Positions 16,437 to 18,463 of a stretch of DNA of 18,463 nucleotides are shown in pieces. This DNA comes from Promethearchaeota archaeon (lineage in GTDB: Archaea; Asgardarchaeota; Lokiarchaeia; Sigyniarchaeales; SOKP01). How positions within the stretch are numbered: the first letter of the stretch is position 1; the number at the start of each line of letters is the position of its first letter. The stretch lies in assembly GCA_011364925.1 (NCBI GenBank), contig RDOA01000001.1, positions 191,137 through 209,599 of the forward strand, written 5' to 3'. The notes below the pieces were generated by a model. The model had not been told where the DNA came from and searched no databases. It was given only the letters and a program-made list of their open reading frames with translations. A program made the translations under genes and the position numbers.

Positions 16437-17933
16437 TTATTTTTCTTCTTTAGGGGCTAATTTAAAAGTTCTTGAGAAAATTTTGCCATATTTTTCAGTT
16501 GATGCTTCCACTAACACATTAGAGTATACTATTTCGTCATCCACTGTTTCTAAGGGATATCCGATATCTATTGACTCAAAAGGAAATAGTTCTCTTATTG
16601 TTGTTATCCAAGGTTTCTTCTCAAACAATTCTTCTACTATAACGACTCTGATCTTAATATCTTCTAATATGTAACCAACGGAATTAGTTAACGAAATTTT
16701 CAAGATTTTTTCTCCTTCATCAATATCTTTTGAAACACTGAGAAATTTTCTGGAACCAAGAGGCTTAGCAACAGTTTCTTCCTCTGGTTTAGTCTCAACT
16801 CGTGGCTCTTCGACTTCACGAGGCTCTCTGACAATAAATACTTTACGTTTCTGAATGTTGTATTGAGAAACTTTCTTAAGTTTTGCGAGGAACAACACCG
16901 CGTTCAAATTTATTGCATTGTATGGTTCTATTGTTAGGTATCCTTTACTCGCTGCGTCTTCTACGATTTCTGTTCCGATCCCTGTTCGTGCAAACACCGT
17001 GTTTTTCTTAGCACCACTCCCTACAGAGCCTACAGAAATATCTGCGTTTTCGGCTGTTAAATCAGTACAAAAATTGCAACTGGACGACTTGAATTTATCT
17101 AATTGCGCGATTGTGTATGATTTCACGGGTTCTCCGTCACGTTCGTAATAGATATGAAACTTACCTTTATTTATATCCATTTTAGCAACTTTAGTTAAAT
17201 CAATCCCATCATTTTCGAAGAATGGATACAAAGCTTCGGGAGCAAACGAATCCATGCAAAAGAGACCAATTTTAAGAATGTGAGCTCGCATAAAATACTT
17301 TAACATACCTGCTGGTGAGTTTGTCATCTTATCTACGGCATCGATATTACAAGGAGTGCCAACAAAAGCTATTGATCGATAATCTTCTCGAATAGCATCC
17401 ATAAGTGCCTCCACGGTTTGAGAATGGGAGTAAATTGAGCCAGATGCTTTAATTGCGTCATCTTTGCTCGTAATAATTTGAGCAACGGGATGCCAAGGGT
17501 TATCAGGATCCTTCATGGAAACAATAGCGGCGTCAATTAAGTGTTCGTCAAATAAATAACACAACAAGGACGTAACAGTCCCTCCATCCTGTCCTCCGAG
17601 TACTTCCGGAATATTGGTATTTGATACATATCCCGTTTTAAATTCACCCATTAATTGAATAGGGTCCGTTATTGTTCGAGGACATTGATTATAACAAATT
17701 CCACACCCAGTACATTTTCCTACTAATTTAGGTTGACCAGAGAGATGATCCCATTCAAGTACTGGACAAACTGCGGCACATGTTCCGCATTCTGTACAGA
17801 TACCCGCTCGAATAATCTCCTTCATTAACATTCCATACGAATCCTTTTTTCCCTCAAGCTTCTTTTGAATATAATCAAACGAATAGTCATACTGAGTGGA
17901 TTCCGGTTTCGATTCAGTTGGATTTTCCGTCAT
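16437..17933 (-). CDS. Coenzyme F420 hydrogenase/dehydrogenase beta-subunit (FrhB/FdhB/FpoF) family protein with N-terminal 2x[4Fe-4S] ferredoxin and an extra C-terminal beta-sandwich
   Basis: CTECGTCAAVCP and CTGCGICYNQCP ferredoxin motifs. FrhB motifs GQDGGTVT, VGTPC, IGLFC and CNFCTD...ADISVG. Confidence 0.9.
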   Translation of the reverse strand: MTENPTESKPESTQYDYSFDYIQKKLEGKKDSYGMLMKEIIRAGICTECGTCAAVCPVLEWDHLSGQPKLVGKCTGCGICYNQCPRTITDPIQLMGEFKTGYVSNTNIPEVLGGQDGGTVTSLLCYLFDEHLIDAAIVSMKDPDNPWHPVAQIITSKDDAIKASGSIYSHSQTVEALMDAIREDYRSIAFVGTPCNIDAVDKMTNSPAGMLKYFMRAHILKIGLFCMDSFAPEALYPFFENDGIDLTKVAKMDINKGKFHIYYERDGEPVKSYTIAQLDKFKSSSCNFCTDLTAENADISVGSVGSGAKKNTVFARTGIGTEIVEDAASKGYLTIEPYNAINLNAVLFLAKLKKVSQYNIQKRKVFIVREPREVEEPRVETKPEEETVAKPLGSRKFLSVSKDIDEGEKILKISLTNSVGYILEDIKIRVVIVEELFEKKPWITTIRELFPFESIDIGYPLETVDDEIVYSNVLVEASTEKYGKIFSRTFKLAPKEEK

Positions 17934-18207
17934 TTTTAGTAAATCGTGTATAAGTTTATATTAGCCTTATTTAATTATTTGGAAACTATGTAAGGATATG
18001 GATTACTCAAATTAAAATTTACTAAAAAAGTAACAATGCGATACCCATCGCGACTTTTTCGTCAAGAACAAATAAACGAAATTTCCTTTTTCCGTATTTT
18101 TACAATTAAGGTTAGAAGAAGCTGAGTATTTCAACCTTATATCTACAAGAATGTATATTAATGAATTCAACTTAATTATTAATTACTGCTTTACTGGCGA
18201 ATCTAAT

Positions 18208-18463
18208 ATGAAATCACATACGAAATCAATAAAAGCGTTTTCAATTGCTTTAGGAATTCTTTTCGTCTTTTTACCTATCACTAAAAATCCTCTCTATATT
18301 CAAGGAGCAAATAGTATTGAGAGTTATGAGAATAAAAAAAATCTCGAAATCTCAGCAGTTTCAGGAAAAATCCATATTAATAGTAATTGGTCTACTGCTA
18401 AAGCTGCGGGAATTTGTACGGGTAAAGGCACTTATTCCGATCCTTATGTCATAGAAGATTTTG
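18208..18463 (+). CDS. Secreted/surface protein N-terminus (likely NosD/parallel beta-helix type), cut by window edge; absent from ORF track
   Basis: MKSHTKSIKAFSIALGILFVFLPI (signal/TM segment)...IHINSNWSTAKAAGICTGKGTYSDPYVIEDF. The GxGTxxDPYxI motif typically precedes beta-helix repeats. The frame is open to the end of the window. Confidence 0.75.
   Translation, partial: MKSHTKSIKAFSIALGILFVFLPITKNPLYIQGANSIESYENKKNLEISAVSGKIHINSNWSTAKAAGICTGKGTYSDPYVIEDF

Noticed and set aside
989-17148. Short shadow ORFs in the track (989..1219, 2407..2673, 2966..3277, 3366..3590, 3657..3938, 4266..4595, 4762..4947, 6388..6723, 9250..9453, 9290..9643, 9869..10072, 14303..14497, 14665..14901, 16483..16674, 16918..17148)
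   Set aside because: All overlap well-supported genes in antisense or alternate frames and carry no recognisable motifs.
18107-18139. Imperfect inverted repeat TAAGGTT...AACCTTA, plus a small GCGAT/ATCGC hairpin near 18038-18051, as possible SECIS, ncRNA or operator
   Set aside because: Short stems are expected by chance in AT-rich DNA, and no adjacent gene has an in-frame TGA needing recoding. An operator role cannot be excluded but is unsupported.
1-18463. CRISPR arrays, tRNA/rRNA genes, transposases or integrases
   Set aside because: No regularly spaced repeats, GC-rich structured RNA segments or recombinase motifs were seen by eye; intergenic regions are short and AT-rich.

Overview
AT-rich archaeal window that looks like Asgard archaea (Lokiarchaeia/Promethearchaeia). 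This assignment is inferred from a Loki-type profilin, a Rag-like GTPase with a roadblock-like tail, an arrestin-fold protein and a Loki-style secreted GxGTxxDPYxI protein. The left half is mostly metabolic: HAD hydrolase, tandem GNAT, two geranylgeranyl-reductase-family flavoproteins, a divergent GH94-like enzyme, a UroD/MtaA-family protein and a PD-(D/E)xK-like nuclease. It also holds an arrestin-like gene cut by the left edge that the ORF track missed. The right half (about 10.7-17.9 kb) is dense in candidate eukaryotic-signature and membrane proteins. Its core is a tight three-gene + strand unit: a large unknown protein with a Vps28-CTD-like C-terminal helical bundle, a profilin with an extra C-terminal domain and a probable ATA start, and a small single-pass membrane protein. 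Two paralogous membrane/zinc-ribbon genes bracket this unit, with a beta-flower/Tubby-like protein on one side and a Rag-like GTPase plus an orphan FrhB-family protein with an Ig-like tail on the other. No rRNA, tRNA, CRISPR array or mobile element was seen. All family calls come from manual motif reading, not database searches.
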